Sequence record: SRR31156797_635 | Reading direction: 5' to 3' (one strand) | Length of the DNA stretch: 64,000 nt | Shown: one piece after another, positions 47,656-58,012 of the stretch | Layout: each line of letters opens with the position of its first letter | How positions within the stretch are numbered: position 1 is the first letter of the stretch | The notes under the pieces: model-generated | Database searches by the model: none | Told to the model about the DNA's origin: nothing | Seen by the model: only the letters and a program-made list of their open reading frames with translations | Translations under genes and position numbers: made by a program

Positions 47656-48858
47656 ATGCAAGAAAAGAAAAAGTTACTCATGCTGGGAGCTAGTAGTTTT
47701 CAGATACCTTGCATAAAATATGCAAAGTTAGAAGGCTACCATGTAATTACTTGCGATTATTGTCCGGATAATCCCGGACATAAATATTCCGATGAATATC
47801 ATAATGTAAGTACTACCGATTTGCAGTTGGTTTTAAAACTTGCCCGCAAATTAGAAATTGATGGCATTTTAGCCTACGCATCCGATCCAGCAGCGCCAAC
47901 AGCAGCTTTTGTTGCTGAAAAAATGGGATTGCCAGGAAATCCCTATAAATCGGTTAAGACATTATCAGAAAAAGATTTGTACAGATCCTTTTTAAGATTG
48001 AATAATTTTAATACACCATGGTATGGCGGGTTTAATACTTTAAAAGATTTTTCCAGTTCAACCTCTCAGTTTACTTATCCGGTAATTGTAAAGCCGGTAG
48101 ATTCAAGTGGAAGCAAAGGAATAAGTGCGGTAAACGATTTTTGGGAAATGGATAAAGCAATCACTCATGCCATTCAATTCTCCCGTTCAAATAGGTTTAT
48201 CGTTGAAGAGTTTATTGAGAAAAAATATCCTCAGCTCGATGGAGATATTTTTGTGCACAATGGGAAAATTATTGCTTACTACTTGGGTGATCAGCGCAAC
48301 GATGTTGCTATAAATCCTTTTGTTCCCTCCAGTATTAATTATCCTTCGCTTTTACCTGATTTTATTCACGATAAAATTAAATCAGAACTGCAGAGAGCCA
48401 TTGATCTTCTTAAAATAAAATTTGGGGGTTTTAATATCGAAGTGATTGTTGATGAGAAAGATGAAATTTATCTGATTGAAATTGGTGCGAGGAACGGAGG
48501 CAATTGCATACCCGATATCATTAAGTGTGCTAGTAATGTGGACATGATAAAAATGAGCGTTGATGCGTGTATGGAAGTTGAACCCAAAATATCGAACCGT
48601 AAAAATATTGACAAGTTTTATACAAGTTATGTAATCCATTCCAATAAGGATGGCAAATTTAAATCGGTAAAATTGGATGAATCCATTTCTCAATATGTTC
48701 TTGATATCAGATTAATGGTAGAAGAAGGAGGGGATGTTTATAAATTTAATGGATCGAATTGTACGGTTGGAGTAGGATTGTTAGAATTTCCCAATGTGAA
48801 TGTTCGAAACGAGATGATGGACAATATAGAGGAGTTAATAGCTGTTGAATTGGAATAG
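47656..48858 (+). CDS. ATP-grasp domain protein
   Basis: IVKPVDSSGSKG, IVEEFI and IEIGARNGG. Confidence 0.85.
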   Translation: MQEKKKLLMLGASSFQIPCIKYAKLEGYHVITCDYCPDNPGHKYSDEYHNVSTTDLQLVLKLARKLEIDGILAYASDPAAPTAAFVAEKMGLPGNPYKSVKTLSEKDLYRSFLRLNNFNTPWYGGFNTLKDFSSSTSQFTYPVIVKPVDSSGSKGISAVNDFWEMDKAITHAIQFSRSNRFIVEEFIEKKYPQLDGDIFVHNGKIIAYYLGDQRNDVAINPFVPSSINYPSLLPDFIHDKIKSELQRAIDLLKIKFGGFNIEVIVDEKDEIYLIEIGARNGGNCIPDIIKCASNVDMIKMSVDACMEVEPKISNRKNIDKFYTSYVIHSNKDGKFKSVKLDESISQYVLDIRLMVEEGGDVYKFNGSNCTVGVGLLEFPNVNVRNEMMDNIEELIAVELE

Positions 48859-48862
48859 AAAA

Positions 48863-49822
48863 ATGGTTAAAGCAATTGGTGGATATTTTGAATTGGAAAA
48901 TCGATTTGAATCAGAATTGTATTCGAATTTAATTCGTTTTAATACGGGTAGAAACTGCCTGGAGTATATTCTAAGAGCGAGAAATTATCGAAAAATTTAT
49001 CTGCCTGAATACAGTTGCCATGCCATTATGGAACCGATTTTGAAATTGGATATTGAATATGAAAAATATTCGATCACAAAGGATTTGGAGCCAAAACAAA
49101 TCATCGAGATAAAAGATGATGAATGTATTCTGATTGTTAATTATTTTGGAATGAAAGGAAAATACATTTCAAGCATTAGTAAGAGAGTAAACAATTTAAT
49201 TGTTGATAATTCGCAGGCTTTTTTCGAATCTCCAATAAAAGGAGTTGATACATTTTATTCGGCTCGTAAATTTTTCGGTGTTGCCGATGGTGCTTATTTG
49301 AGTACAGACTGTAATACGTTTATGGATTTTGAGCAGGAAATCTCATGGAAACGCAGTGAACATTTGTTGAGAAGACTCGAGAATGGAGCTAATGATGGAT
49401 ATCCTGCTTTCCTAAAGAATGAGGAATATTTGTGTGGAAAAGAAATTCGATTAATGTCCGAGTTTACGCAGAAAATACTGGCTGGAATCAATTATACTTC
49501 TGCAAAGAATCGAAGAAATAGAAACTTTCAATATTTACATTTAAAACTAAAAGCATTAAATAAATTGACTTTTAACGATGCTGAAATTGATGGACCAATG
49601 GTTTATCCAATTTATATTGAGAATGAGTTGTTAAGAGACGAACTTATTCGACAAAAGATATTTGTTGCCAGTTATTGGTCTAATGTTTTGCAGGAATGTA
49701 AACCCGAAAGTACGGAATACAAACTGGCAAAATATCTACTTCCACTTCCAGTAGATCAGAGATATGGTCTTTTGGATATGGATAGAATTTGCAATGTTCT
49801 TTTAAAAGCTGTTGCTGAATGA
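48863..49822 (+). CDS. Short DegT-like PLP-fold protein; likely start ATG 48863
   Basis: IGGYFELE, NTGR, P.Y.C, VNYFG, IVDNSQAFF, YSARKFFG and LP.DQRY. Confidence 0.75.
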   Translation: MVKAIGGYFELENRFESELYSNLIRFNTGRNCLEYILRARNYRKIYLPEYSCHAIMEPILKLDIEYEKYSITKDLEPKQIIEIKDDECILIVNYFGMKGKYISSISKRVNNLIVDNSQAFFESPIKGVDTFYSARKFFGVADGAYLSTDCNTFMDFEQEISWKRSEHLLRRLENGANDGYPAFLKNEEYLCGKEIRLMSEFTQKILAGINYTSAKNRRNRNFQYLHLKLKALNKLTFNDAEIDGPMVYPIYIENELLRDELIRQKIFVASYWSNVLQECKPESTEYKLAKYLLPLPVDQRYGLLDMDRICNVLLKAVAE

Positions 49823-51087
49823 GATATGTAGAAATCGGAATTTGGTTTTTAATCTTTTTTGTGGCTTTTTATTTGAAAAGCTATACCATTGGTGGGCAGG
49901 AATTGGCTTATTTGTGGAAAATGCCCTTACTCTTATTCCTGATATCAAGGGTAGTTGGACAGGAAACCAAACATGCATTTTTAGTATTAGGTTATCTGTT
50001 TGCGGCGAAGAATTTGGTACATGTTGCCTTTTTTAAATTTCCTATCGATTCAATAATCAACTTTATCAAATACTTAACCATTCCATTATTTGTTCATTGG
50101 ATTTATTTGAATATTAATAGTGCAAAGGCTCTGAAAAATTTGCGACTTGTACCAGTGTTTATGGCTTCATTTTTCATTTTGAGTAATCTGCCGTATTATT
50201 TGGGTGTGTTTTCAGCACCAGCTAGCACAACCATGTTATGGATGGAAGATACACGTTTAGATGGATTAATAGGAATATTGGGAGCTCCACATTATACATC
50301 AGCAGTTTTAGCAGTTGCATCAATTATTGTGTTGGACTTTATCGTGAAGAAAAGAGGGAACTTACGAGTCAATTTAATCATGATTCCTATCCTTATTCTT
50401 GGGACCTTTTTTCTATTTAAAACTTATACCCGAACTGGTTGGCTGATGTTTGTTGTTGGTATTCTGGTTCTTTTTATCAGAAAAATTTCATTTCGAGATT
50501 TAGGTAAAATTGCAATAGCAGGAGCATTGTTACTCGCTGGTTTGGTATTTCTTTTTCAGACGAATGAGGGCTTCAGACGAAGAGTAATGGACGACAGAGC
50601 CGGGCAGGAAGATAAATCGGTTTATGAAACAGTTGGTTCAGGACGATTACAGATTGCTCAAATCTATTTGGAGAATTTGTACGAAAGCAATTTTGTGACC
50701 TATTTAGTGGGAATGGGCATGGAAGAGTCGATGCGTCGATATGAGCAAAAAGATGGAATGCCTTTGTTTGCACACAATGGATTTATCCAAACTTTAGTTG
50801 ATAACGGAATTCTGGGATTTATTCTTTATATACTGTTTTTACTCACCATTTATAAGGTGATTGCTGGTTCTGAGAGTTCTCACAACCAGTTAACAGTTGC
50901 CCTGTTTTTTATGTTTTTATCTTGTCTGGCAACACAACAAGCCAATTATTTTTTAGTAGATGTTTTTCTCTCTATTTACATCGGAATATCTGTAATCGAG
51001 AGTAGGGTAAATCGCTTTATCGATTACCGAAAAAAGGCTAACGTTTATGAAAAGATAAAGACCTGTCAACCTGTTTATCGTCGTTAA
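49819..51087 (+). CDS. wzy: Wzy polymerase / O-antigen ligase family membrane protein
   Basis: About 11 TM segments; T.TRTG, SGR, G.G and AHNGF. Confidence 0.75.
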   Translation: MRYVEIGIWFLIFFVAFYLKSYTIGGQELAYLWKMPLLLFLISRVVGQETKHAFLVLGYLFAAKNLVHVAFFKFPIDSIINFIKYLTIPLFVHWIYLNINSAKALKNLRLVPVFMASFFILSNLPYYLGVFSAPASTTMLWMEDTRLDGLIGILGAPHYTSAVLAVASIIVLDFIVKKRGNLRVNLIMIPILILGTFFLFKTYTRTGWLMFVVGILVLFIRKISFRDLGKIAIAGALLLAGLVFLFQTNEGFRRRVMDDRAGQEDKSVYETVGSGRLQIAQIYLENLYESNFVTYLVGMGMEESMRRYEQKDGMPLFAHNGFIQTLVDNGILGFILYILFLLTIYKVIAGSESSHNQLTVALFFMFLSCLATQQANYFLVDVFLSIYIGISVIESRVNRFIDYRKKANVYEKIKTCQPVYRR

Positions 51088-51100
51088 TTATTGAGAATAT

Positions 51101-52255
51101 ATGTACGGATTTAGCTTAATAACCATAAGAGATTTAGAGCGGATTGAATATCAGGGAAGTTTTCCAGGAATTCAAGCCAATTGGATATCTAATTGGTACA
51201 ACACCTTCAGTAAGGTAGAGGATAATATTATTGGCTATTCTAAAAAGCCATATATAATTACAGTTCATGAGGGAAGTAGACTTGTAGCCATAGTGCCTCT
51301 CTTAAAATTAACTCGTACCTATTTTAAGTTATTCAAGTTAGATTTTTTAGAATTTCTCGGGCAGCAATGGTCTGGTTTAGGTTATGACATTATAAAACTA
51401 AAATCATTGGATGATTGTTTTGCTAAGGATCTCACCATATGGATAAAAAACAATATTTCATATCACTTTTTATTTCTTAAATATCTTCCCAAATCAACAA
51501 GTTTTAAGCAAAAATATAAGTTATACAGATACGCTGGCGCTCCTTATATCACAAGCTCTGCTTTTGCTGATTATGAGGATTTTTCGAAAAATGTATACTC
51601 CAGAAAATTTAGAGAGGAGCTGCGTAGAACGTCTAGAAGTATTTCTAAGAATGAGCTTGAAATGACTACAAGTGTTGAGGAAATTAATGAATCAAGTTTA
51701 GAGCACATAAGAGCAATTGCCGAATCAAAAGTTATTGACGGAAAAAGCTTTCTATATGGAAATAATCAGAAAGAGGATTTTCACTTAAAAGTGTATGAAA
51801 CTTTTCCATCGAAGGTAGTTTTTATAAAATTTAATGGCAAGCCTGTAGCCTATGCTACCGAGATTGATTTTAATGGAAAACGAATTGGTGTTGATGCCTC
51901 TTTTAATAGAAACTATCGAAAGTATGGAATAGGAATTCATTGTATTGATGAGGTGATTCGCAATAGTTTTAAAGAGGGAGCTGAAATGGTTTCCTTCGGT
52001 TTAGGTCTTGATTCATATAAATTCAGATACTGTAATAAAGTTGAAGAATTTTTTATGTGTTTTGATTTTAAATTTAGGTTTAAGTCTTTATTGGCTTTGC
52101 CATATATGTATTATCGATTGAATAAAACAGATAAAATGGTTGGGGAGATCTTGGGTAATGCATTTGTCAATCGAAAAAAAAGAAGGAATCCTCGCAAAAT
52201 AAAGACAAAGGAAACAAAAATCAAGTTACAAAAAATTGCAATTAATGATCTTTAA
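51101..52255 (+). CDS. GNAT (CelD/BcsL-like) acyltransferase, copy 1
   Basis: LVAIVPL, EFLGQQWS, F...YRKYG.G and FG.G...YK. Confidence 0.72.
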   Translation: MYGFSLITIRDLERIEYQGSFPGIQANWISNWYNTFSKVEDNIIGYSKKPYIITVHEGSRLVAIVPLLKLTRTYFKLFKLDFLEFLGQQWSGLGYDIIKLKSLDDCFAKDLTIWIKNNISYHFLFLKYLPKSTSFKQKYKLYRYAGAPYITSSAFADYEDFSKNVYSRKFREELRRTSRSISKNELEMTTSVEEINESSLEHIRAIAESKVIDGKSFLYGNNQKEDFHLKVYETFPSKVVFIKFNGKPVAYATEIDFNGKRIGVDASFNRNYRKYGIGIHCIDEVIRNSFKEGAEMVSFGLGLDSYKFRYCNKVEEFFMCFDFKFRFKSLLALPYMYYRLNKTDKMVGEILGNAFVNRKKRRNPRKIKTKETKIKLQKIAINDL

Positions 52256-52320
52256 TCTATCCAAACAAAAAGGTTAAAAGCCTTATTACGAAACCCAATT
52301 CAACCCAAAATCAAACTATC

Positions 52321-53397
52321 ATGTATCATTTTTACTCCATATCATTAAAAGAATTGGAGAGCATAAATTACAAGGCAAGTTTTCCAAGTAACCAATACAA
52401 ATGGATTTTCGATTGGTATTCCGTTTTTGAAAATGTTGAAAACAATACGATTGGATTTAAAAAGAAACCATTAATAATTGCAGCCTACGAAGGAGAGGAA
52501 TTAGTTGCAATCATACCTCTGATAAAATTGATACGGAAATATTGCAAATGTATAAAGTTGGAATTTGTTGAGTTTTTAGGTCAGCAATGGTCTTGTATTG
52601 GTCACGATCTTATAATCATGAAAGAACTTGACTCTGACTTTATTGACGAGTTATTACGATGGATTAAAAAAAAGATCAACTATCATTTTATCTTTTTTAA
52701 ATATGTGCCTAAAACATCTATTCTCAATCAGAAGTTTAAAATGTATCGGTATTCAGGCGCTCCTGTAATTCCAGTTGCTGATTTTGATTCTTATGAAGAT
52801 TTTTCGCTTAATGTATATGCAAAAAAGTTCAGAAAGAAACTAAGCAGAACAATTCGGAAAATTGAAAGAGATGGTTTCAATTTGAAATTATCTTACGAAG
52901 AAATTGATGACACCAATTTTAAGATCATAAAAGAAATTGCAAAATCGAAAGAAATCGATGGCAAGAATTATGTGTATGGCGATAAAAATAAAGAGAACTT
53001 TCATTTGAAATTGTACGATAACTTTCCCTCCCATGTACTGTTTGCAAAATTTAACGAAACGCCTGTAGCTTATGTCGCAAACATAGAGTGTGATGATGTT
53101 CGCATTGCCGTTGATTGTGCTTTCGATCGTGATTTTAGAAGTTATGGTGTTGGTGTTCAGTGTATGGATTGTAACATTCGAAATAGTTTTAAAGTGGGTA
53201 AAAAGAAATTCTCCTTTGGGGTTGGTTTAGATGCTTACAAATTTCAGTTTACGGATAGGGCAGCTCCTTTCTATATGTGTTTCGATTATCGATACCGTTT
53301 AAAATCCTTATTGGCTTTGCCTTTTTTGTATTATAAAGTTGTAAAAACGAATCATCAGGTTTCGAAACAATTTAATGAGATTCAGGAATATGTTTAG
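52321..53397 (+). CDS. GNAT (CelD/BcsL-like) acyltransferase, copy 2
   Basis: Paralog of 51101 (EFLGQQWS, YRY.GAP, F.MCFD...R.KSLLALP). Confidence 0.72.
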   Translation: MYHFYSISLKELESINYKASFPSNQYKWIFDWYSVFENVENNTIGFKKKPLIIAAYEGEELVAIIPLIKLIRKYCKCIKLEFVEFLGQQWSCIGHDLIIMKELDSDFIDELLRWIKKKINYHFIFFKYVPKTSILNQKFKMYRYSGAPVIPVADFDSYEDFSLNVYAKKFRKKLSRTIRKIERDGFNLKLSYEEIDDTNFKIIKEIAKSKEIDGKNYVYGDKNKENFHLKLYDNFPSHVLFAKFNETPVAYVANIECDDVRIAVDCAFDRDFRSYGVGVQCMDCNIRNSFKVGKKKFSFGVGLDAYKFQFTDRAAPFYMCFDYRYRLKSLLALPFLYYKVVKTNHQVSKQFNEIQEYV

Positions 53398-54313
53398 TCT
53401 GAAAAAATACATAAGAGATGCAATTAGTATTCTACTATTGTTGGTGTTTAAAAAGTCAGCTTTAAAGCAGTTCAACAATCATGTGCTTTCAATTTACTTT
53501 CACAATCCATCTCCTGTATTGTTTAAAGGTATTGTAAGATTTCTTAAAGCTCACCAATTTAAATTTATATCCCAAAAAGAGTATTTAGAAATTGTAGAGG
53601 AAAGTTATTCCATATCTGAGAAATTGGTGTTCATTTCCTTTGATGATGGATGGAAAGGGAATTTGAAATTGATTAAAACAATAGAGAAATATCAAATTCC
53701 AGTGTCCGTTTTTATTCCCGTAGAGCCAGTTGTTACAGGAAACTTTTGGTGGGAATATGCTACGGCTGTATTGGCTGATAATCTAAATTTTTCGAGTGTT
53801 GAAGATTTGAAAAAAATTCCAAATTCGAAACGATTACAGCTTATTGATTCCGCCATATCAAAATATGATTTGAAAAGGTCATGTGTTGATTTAAACGAAT
53901 TAAAGAGCTTAAATAAACATTCTTTAATCACCATCGGATCTCATACTTACCATCACCCAATTACACTAAACTGTACGAATGAAGAGTTGGATTTTGAATA
54001 TCGGGAATCGAAGAAAACACTGGAAAAATGGTTAGATACAGAAATACAATCTTTCTCTTATCCCAATGGCGATTTTGATCAAAGAGATATCAATTTATTG
54101 AAGGAATGCGGATATAAAATGGCATTTACGACCAATCCGAATTTATCAATTGCAGGAGATGCATTTCAAATACCCAGAGTGTCTATCAATTCGAATGGAG
54201 GAACCTATGAAAACATTGCACGAATGTTAGGGGTTTGGCATCGCTTTGTTCAACCATTTAAACTAATAAGAATTCCACATCGAATATTAAAAATAAATTT
54301 TTCAAAGGCGTAG
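53390..54313 (+). CDS. Polysaccharide deacetylase (CE4); likely start ATG 53390
   Basis: SFDDG, IGSHT..H and FSYPNG. Confidence 0.87.
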   Translation: MFSLKKYIRDAISILLLLVFKKSALKQFNNHVLSIYFHNPSPVLFKGIVRFLKAHQFKFISQKEYLEIVEESYSISEKLVFISFDDGWKGNLKLIKTIEKYQIPVSVFIPVEPVVTGNFWWEYATAVLADNLNFSSVEDLKKIPNSKRLQLIDSAISKYDLKRSCVDLNELKSLNKHSLITIGSHTYHHPITLNCTNEELDFEYRESKKTLEKWLDTEIQSFSYPNGDFDQRDINLLKECGYKMAFTTNPNLSIAGDAFQIPRVSINSNGGTYENIARMLGVWHRFVQPFKLIRIPHRILKINFSKA

Positions 54314-54332
54314 GTAATAACTGAATTATTAC

Positions 54333-55415
54333 ATGAAAGAAGTTCTTTACATAGCTCCCGGTAATCAGAATAGTAAAGGAGGAATTGGTTTATGTGTTAA
54401 CAATTACTCTCGGTATATGACTGATTTTAAAGTTTTGGTGACTCACAGATATGAGTCAAAGCTATTGAATACGCTATGGTTCCCGATTTGTGTTTTGGAA
54501 TTCATTATTCGATTGTTAAAAGATAGGGACATTAAAATATTGCATATTCACGGAGCTTCAAAAGGAAGCTTCTACAGAAAATACATTTTATTTTCTATAG
54601 CCCGTACTTTCTTTACTAAAAAGATAATTTATCATGTACATGGAGGAGGTTTTCGGGATTTCTATCTTAAATCTTCCCCTTTTATTCAAAAGCGTGTTCG
54701 TTATGTAATCAATTCATCAGATGTTTTGGTTTGCTTATCGGAGAAATGGAAGCATTTTTTCGCAAGCGCTTTTAAAAGCAGACGGATTGAAATTGTAAAC
54801 AACATGATAATTCCACCCGTTACCACTGAAAGAAATGAAAAGGAGGGTAAGTTTATTCTGTTCTTTTTGGGTTTAATAGGTGATAACAAAGGAATTTTTG
54901 ATTTGATTAAAGTAATTGCTAAAAATCGAGATTTGTTCGAAGGAAAATTGGAATTGAAAGTGGCTGGTAATGGAGAAGTGGATCGCTTTAAGGAAACCAT
55001 TGAAAAATGGAAAGTGAAAGATATAGTGCAATTTGTTGGCTGGGCTGATTCTGAAAAAAAAGAGCAGTTGTTTCGATCATCCAATGCCTTTATTTTACCA
55101 TCTTATAAGGAAGGGTTACCCTTATCAATTCTTGAAGCCATGAGCTATGGATTACCAATTATATCGAGTAAAGTGGGAGGCATTCCGGATTTGATTTATA
55201 AAAGCCGCAATGGCATATTAATTGAACCTGGAAATCAGATAGCCATTAAAAATGCAATTGAAAAACTAATGACCAATAAAGATCTCTGTGATATCTATTC
55301 ACAAAAGTCTAGCAACGCTGTTGTTGACTATTATCCACAAAGCGTATTAAAATCATTATTCTCAATCTACCATGAATTACAAGGGAATAAGGGATTACTT
55401 TTTGAGCAAAATTAA
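54333..55415 (+). CDS. GT4 glycosyltransferase
   Basis: HVHGG, NKG..DL and FILPSY.EGLP..ILEAM..GLP. Confidence 0.92.
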   Translation: MKEVLYIAPGNQNSKGGIGLCVNNYSRYMTDFKVLVTHRYESKLLNTLWFPICVLEFIIRLLKDRDIKILHIHGASKGSFYRKYILFSIARTFFTKKIIYHVHGGGFRDFYLKSSPFIQKRVRYVINSSDVLVCLSEKWKHFFASAFKSRRIEIVNNMIIPPVTTERNEKEGKFILFFLGLIGDNKGIFDLIKVIAKNRDLFEGKLELKVAGNGEVDRFKETIEKWKVKDIVQFVGWADSEKKEQLFRSSNAFILPSYKEGLPLSILEAMSYGLPIISSKVGGIPDLIYKSRNGILIEPGNQIAIKNAIEKLMTNKDLCDIYSQKSSNAVVDYYPQSVLKSLFSIYHELQGNKGLLFEQN

Positions 55416-56700
55416 ATTCGGAATAAGATTTGAAAGAGAATTAAAAAGAATTAAGGAGTTATACTCAATAAGTGAATCTCAATTATCAGATTTAAAACAC
55501 AAAGAGTTCGTAAAACAATACCGTAATGCATTTTTACATTCAAAATTTTATAATGAATTGTATCGCAAACACGGTTTAAACCTAAATTCAGTAAAATCAA
55601 TTGATGATGCTGAAAAAATTCCAATAATAACCAAAGAGGACATCAGGCATAGAGTAGATGATTTGCTGACCACAAATCGATTGTTTTTGTACAAAGCATA
55701 TACCAGTGGTACTACAGGTTCGCCTTTAAAGCTATACAGAGATTATCGATCGGTTTGTAAGGAGTATTCTTATGGATATCATTTTCAGAATATTCATGGA
55801 TATAATTTGGGTGATAAGGTAATCTCCATAAAAGGAGATTTGGATAAAGATGAAATTTTTAGGTATGACAAATCATTAAACACTATGCATTTGTCGAGCT
55901 ATAATCTCAACGAAAAAAATATTCTGAAATACTATGAATTGATTCGTGATTTTGAACCAAAAGTGGTGAAGGCTTATCCAAGCTCTTTACAGATTTTGTC
56001 CACAGAATTGTATAAAAAAGGCTTGAATTTAAATATCCCTTTGGCTTTTACATCGTCTGAAGTTTTACATGATTTTCAAAGACGAATAATTGAAAAAGTG
56101 CTACATACCAAGTTAATGGATTGGTATGGCAATTCGGAACAAACTATTGCTTTGGGACAGGTGAAAAAAGATTTGTATCAGGATGTTCCCTTGTATGGTC
56201 ATATCGAAGTGCGTGAGAATCATATCATCACTACAGGATTTATAAACAAATCCTTCCCTTTAATTCGATATAAAATTGATGATGTGATCAAACTGAAATG
56301 CGATAGCAGTTGCATTCGATGTTGTACCAGTAGCATTTTAGGTCGCGACAATCAGTATGTTTTACTAAAGAACGGACAGCAAATTGGCTTACTTGATCAT
56401 GCCTTCAATTTTAATAACGTTAAGAATATTCTTTCTGCTCAGATCGTACAAAAAGTAGCTGGTGAAATCGACTTAAATATTATACCGGATTTTGGATTCA
56501 CAGCTGAAAACAAGAATGAATTGTTAGGTAATCTCAATCAGTTATTGGGCGATGATTGTGAGATTCATTACAATGAGATTAGCGAGGATCAGATTATTAA
56601 AACGGCTGCGGGCAAATTCAATTTAATGGTTTCCTATTTAGATACTAAGGATAAGGATTCAACAGCACAAAAGATTCTTAATGAGATTGACGCAAGTTGA
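55372..56700 (+). CDS. CapK/phenylacetate-CoA-ligase-like adenylate-forming enzyme, copy 1
   Basis: YTSGTTGSP, YPSS, WYGNSE, FPLIRYKIDD, GR and GKF. Confidence 0.85.
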   Translation: MNYKGIRDYFLSKIKFGIRFERELKRIKELYSISESQLSDLKHKEFVKQYRNAFLHSKFYNELYRKHGLNLNSVKSIDDAEKIPIITKEDIRHRVDDLLTTNRLFLYKAYTSGTTGSPLKLYRDYRSVCKEYSYGYHFQNIHGYNLGDKVISIKGDLDKDEIFRYDKSLNTMHLSSYNLNEKNILKYYELIRDFEPKVVKAYPSSLQILSTELYKKGLNLNIPLAFTSSEVLHDFQRRIIEKVLHTKLMDWYGNSEQTIALGQVKKDLYQDVPLYGHIEVRENHIITTGFINKSFPLIRYKIDDVIKLKCDSSCIRCCTSSILGRDNQYVLLKNGQQIGLLDHAFNFNNVKNILSAQIVQKVAGEIDLNIIPDFGFTAENKNELLGNLNQLLGDDCEIHYNEISEDQIIKTAAGKFNLMVSYLDTKDKDSTAQKILNEIDAS

Positions 56701-56736
56701 TAAAAAAAGATTTGATACTATAACTCTATCGATAAT

Positions 56737-58002
56737 ATGGCAGTTCAGCTAATAAAAGATCTTATTGCTTACAAAATTAAATTCGGAGGCGGCTTTGAGA
56801 AAGAATTGAGGCGGATTATTGAATTGAGTCAAAAATCTAAATCTGAGATTCTGGAGCTTAAAAATGAAGCTTTTGTACATCAGTATCGAAATGCATTTAA
56901 GAATACTGTTTTTTATAAGAATTTGTATAGAAGTAAGGGTTTAACAATTCATTCGATTAAAGATTTATCGGATATTTCAAAAGTACCAATAATCGAAAAA
57001 AAAGAAATAAAAGAGTATGCAAAAGCCATGTTGGCTAAATCTCGACTTTGTGTTTTTAAAGCTTATTCGAGCGGAACAACTGGTACTCCACTGCAGGTTT
57101 ACAGAGATTTTTCTTCGACCATAAAAGAGTATGCTTACGGTCATTATTTTCAGCAAATGCATGGTTATCATTTGGGAGATCCTGTTGTATCTCTTCGCGG
57201 AACTTTAGACAGAAATACATTTTCTTATTACGATAAAACGAACAATGTTTTGTACCTGTCTTCCTTTCATTTAAATGGAAATAGAATTGAGGAGTATCAC
57301 AAATTGATTTCGGATTTTAAGCCGAAAGTTATTAAAGCCTATCCGAGTTCAATGCATATTCTGGCAACCGAATTGTACAAAAAGGATTTGAAATTGGATA
57401 TTCCTATTGCATTTACTTCCTCTGAAGTTTTACACGATTTTCAAAAAGAAATTGTTGAACGTGTTTTAAATACGAAAATATTCGATTGGTATGGCAATGC
57501 TGAACAAACAGTTGCTTTTGGACAGTTTGAAGACAATTTGTACCGGGAATTTCCAATGTATTCCCATATCGAAGTAAAAGACAATCATTTGGTAACTACA
57601 GGTTTTATCAATTCTGCTTTTCCACTTATTCGATACAAGGTTGATGATGTGATTCAACTTTTACCAACAAGTAACGGAACTTGTGTTGTTCACAAAATTG
57701 AAGGAAGAGATGATGATTACATTCTATTAAAAAACGGTCAGAGAATTGGTCGTCTCGATTTGGCTTTTAAGAAAGCGAAACAACTTCTTGCAGCTCAGGT
57801 AATACAAGATTCGGCAGGAGAAATTAAAGTCAATTTAATTCCCGATAAAAAATTCGGAAGAAGCGAATTGAGCGAGATAAAAGCAAATTTAAGAGATTTA
57901 TTGGGCGATGAATGTGAAATACTCTTTAACGAAATTGAAACCGAACAACTGATTCGTACTGAAAAAGGAAAATTCAATCTGGTAGTGTCAAACTTGAAAT
58001 AG
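56737..58002 (+). CDS. CapK/phenylacetate-CoA-ligase-like adenylate-forming enzyme, copy 2
   Basis: YSSGTTGTP, WYGNAE and FPLIRYKVDD; collinear paralog of 55372. Confidence 0.85.
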   Translation: MAVQLIKDLIAYKIKFGGGFEKELRRIIELSQKSKSEILELKNEAFVHQYRNAFKNTVFYKNLYRSKGLTIHSIKDLSDISKVPIIEKKEIKEYAKAMLAKSRLCVFKAYSSGTTGTPLQVYRDFSSTIKEYAYGHYFQQMHGYHLGDPVVSLRGTLDRNTFSYYDKTNNVLYLSSFHLNGNRIEEYHKLISDFKPKVIKAYPSSMHILATELYKKDLKLDIPIAFTSSEVLHDFQKEIVERVLNTKIFDWYGNAEQTVAFGQFEDNLYREFPMYSHIEVKDNHLVTTGFINSAFPLIRYKVDDVIQLLPTSNGTCVVHKIEGRDDDYILLKNGQRIGRLDLAFKKAKQLLAAQVIQDSAGEIKVNLIPDKKFGRSELSEIKANLRDLLGDECEILFNEIETEQLIRTEKGKFNLVVSNLK

Positions 58003-58012
58003 ATATTGAAAT

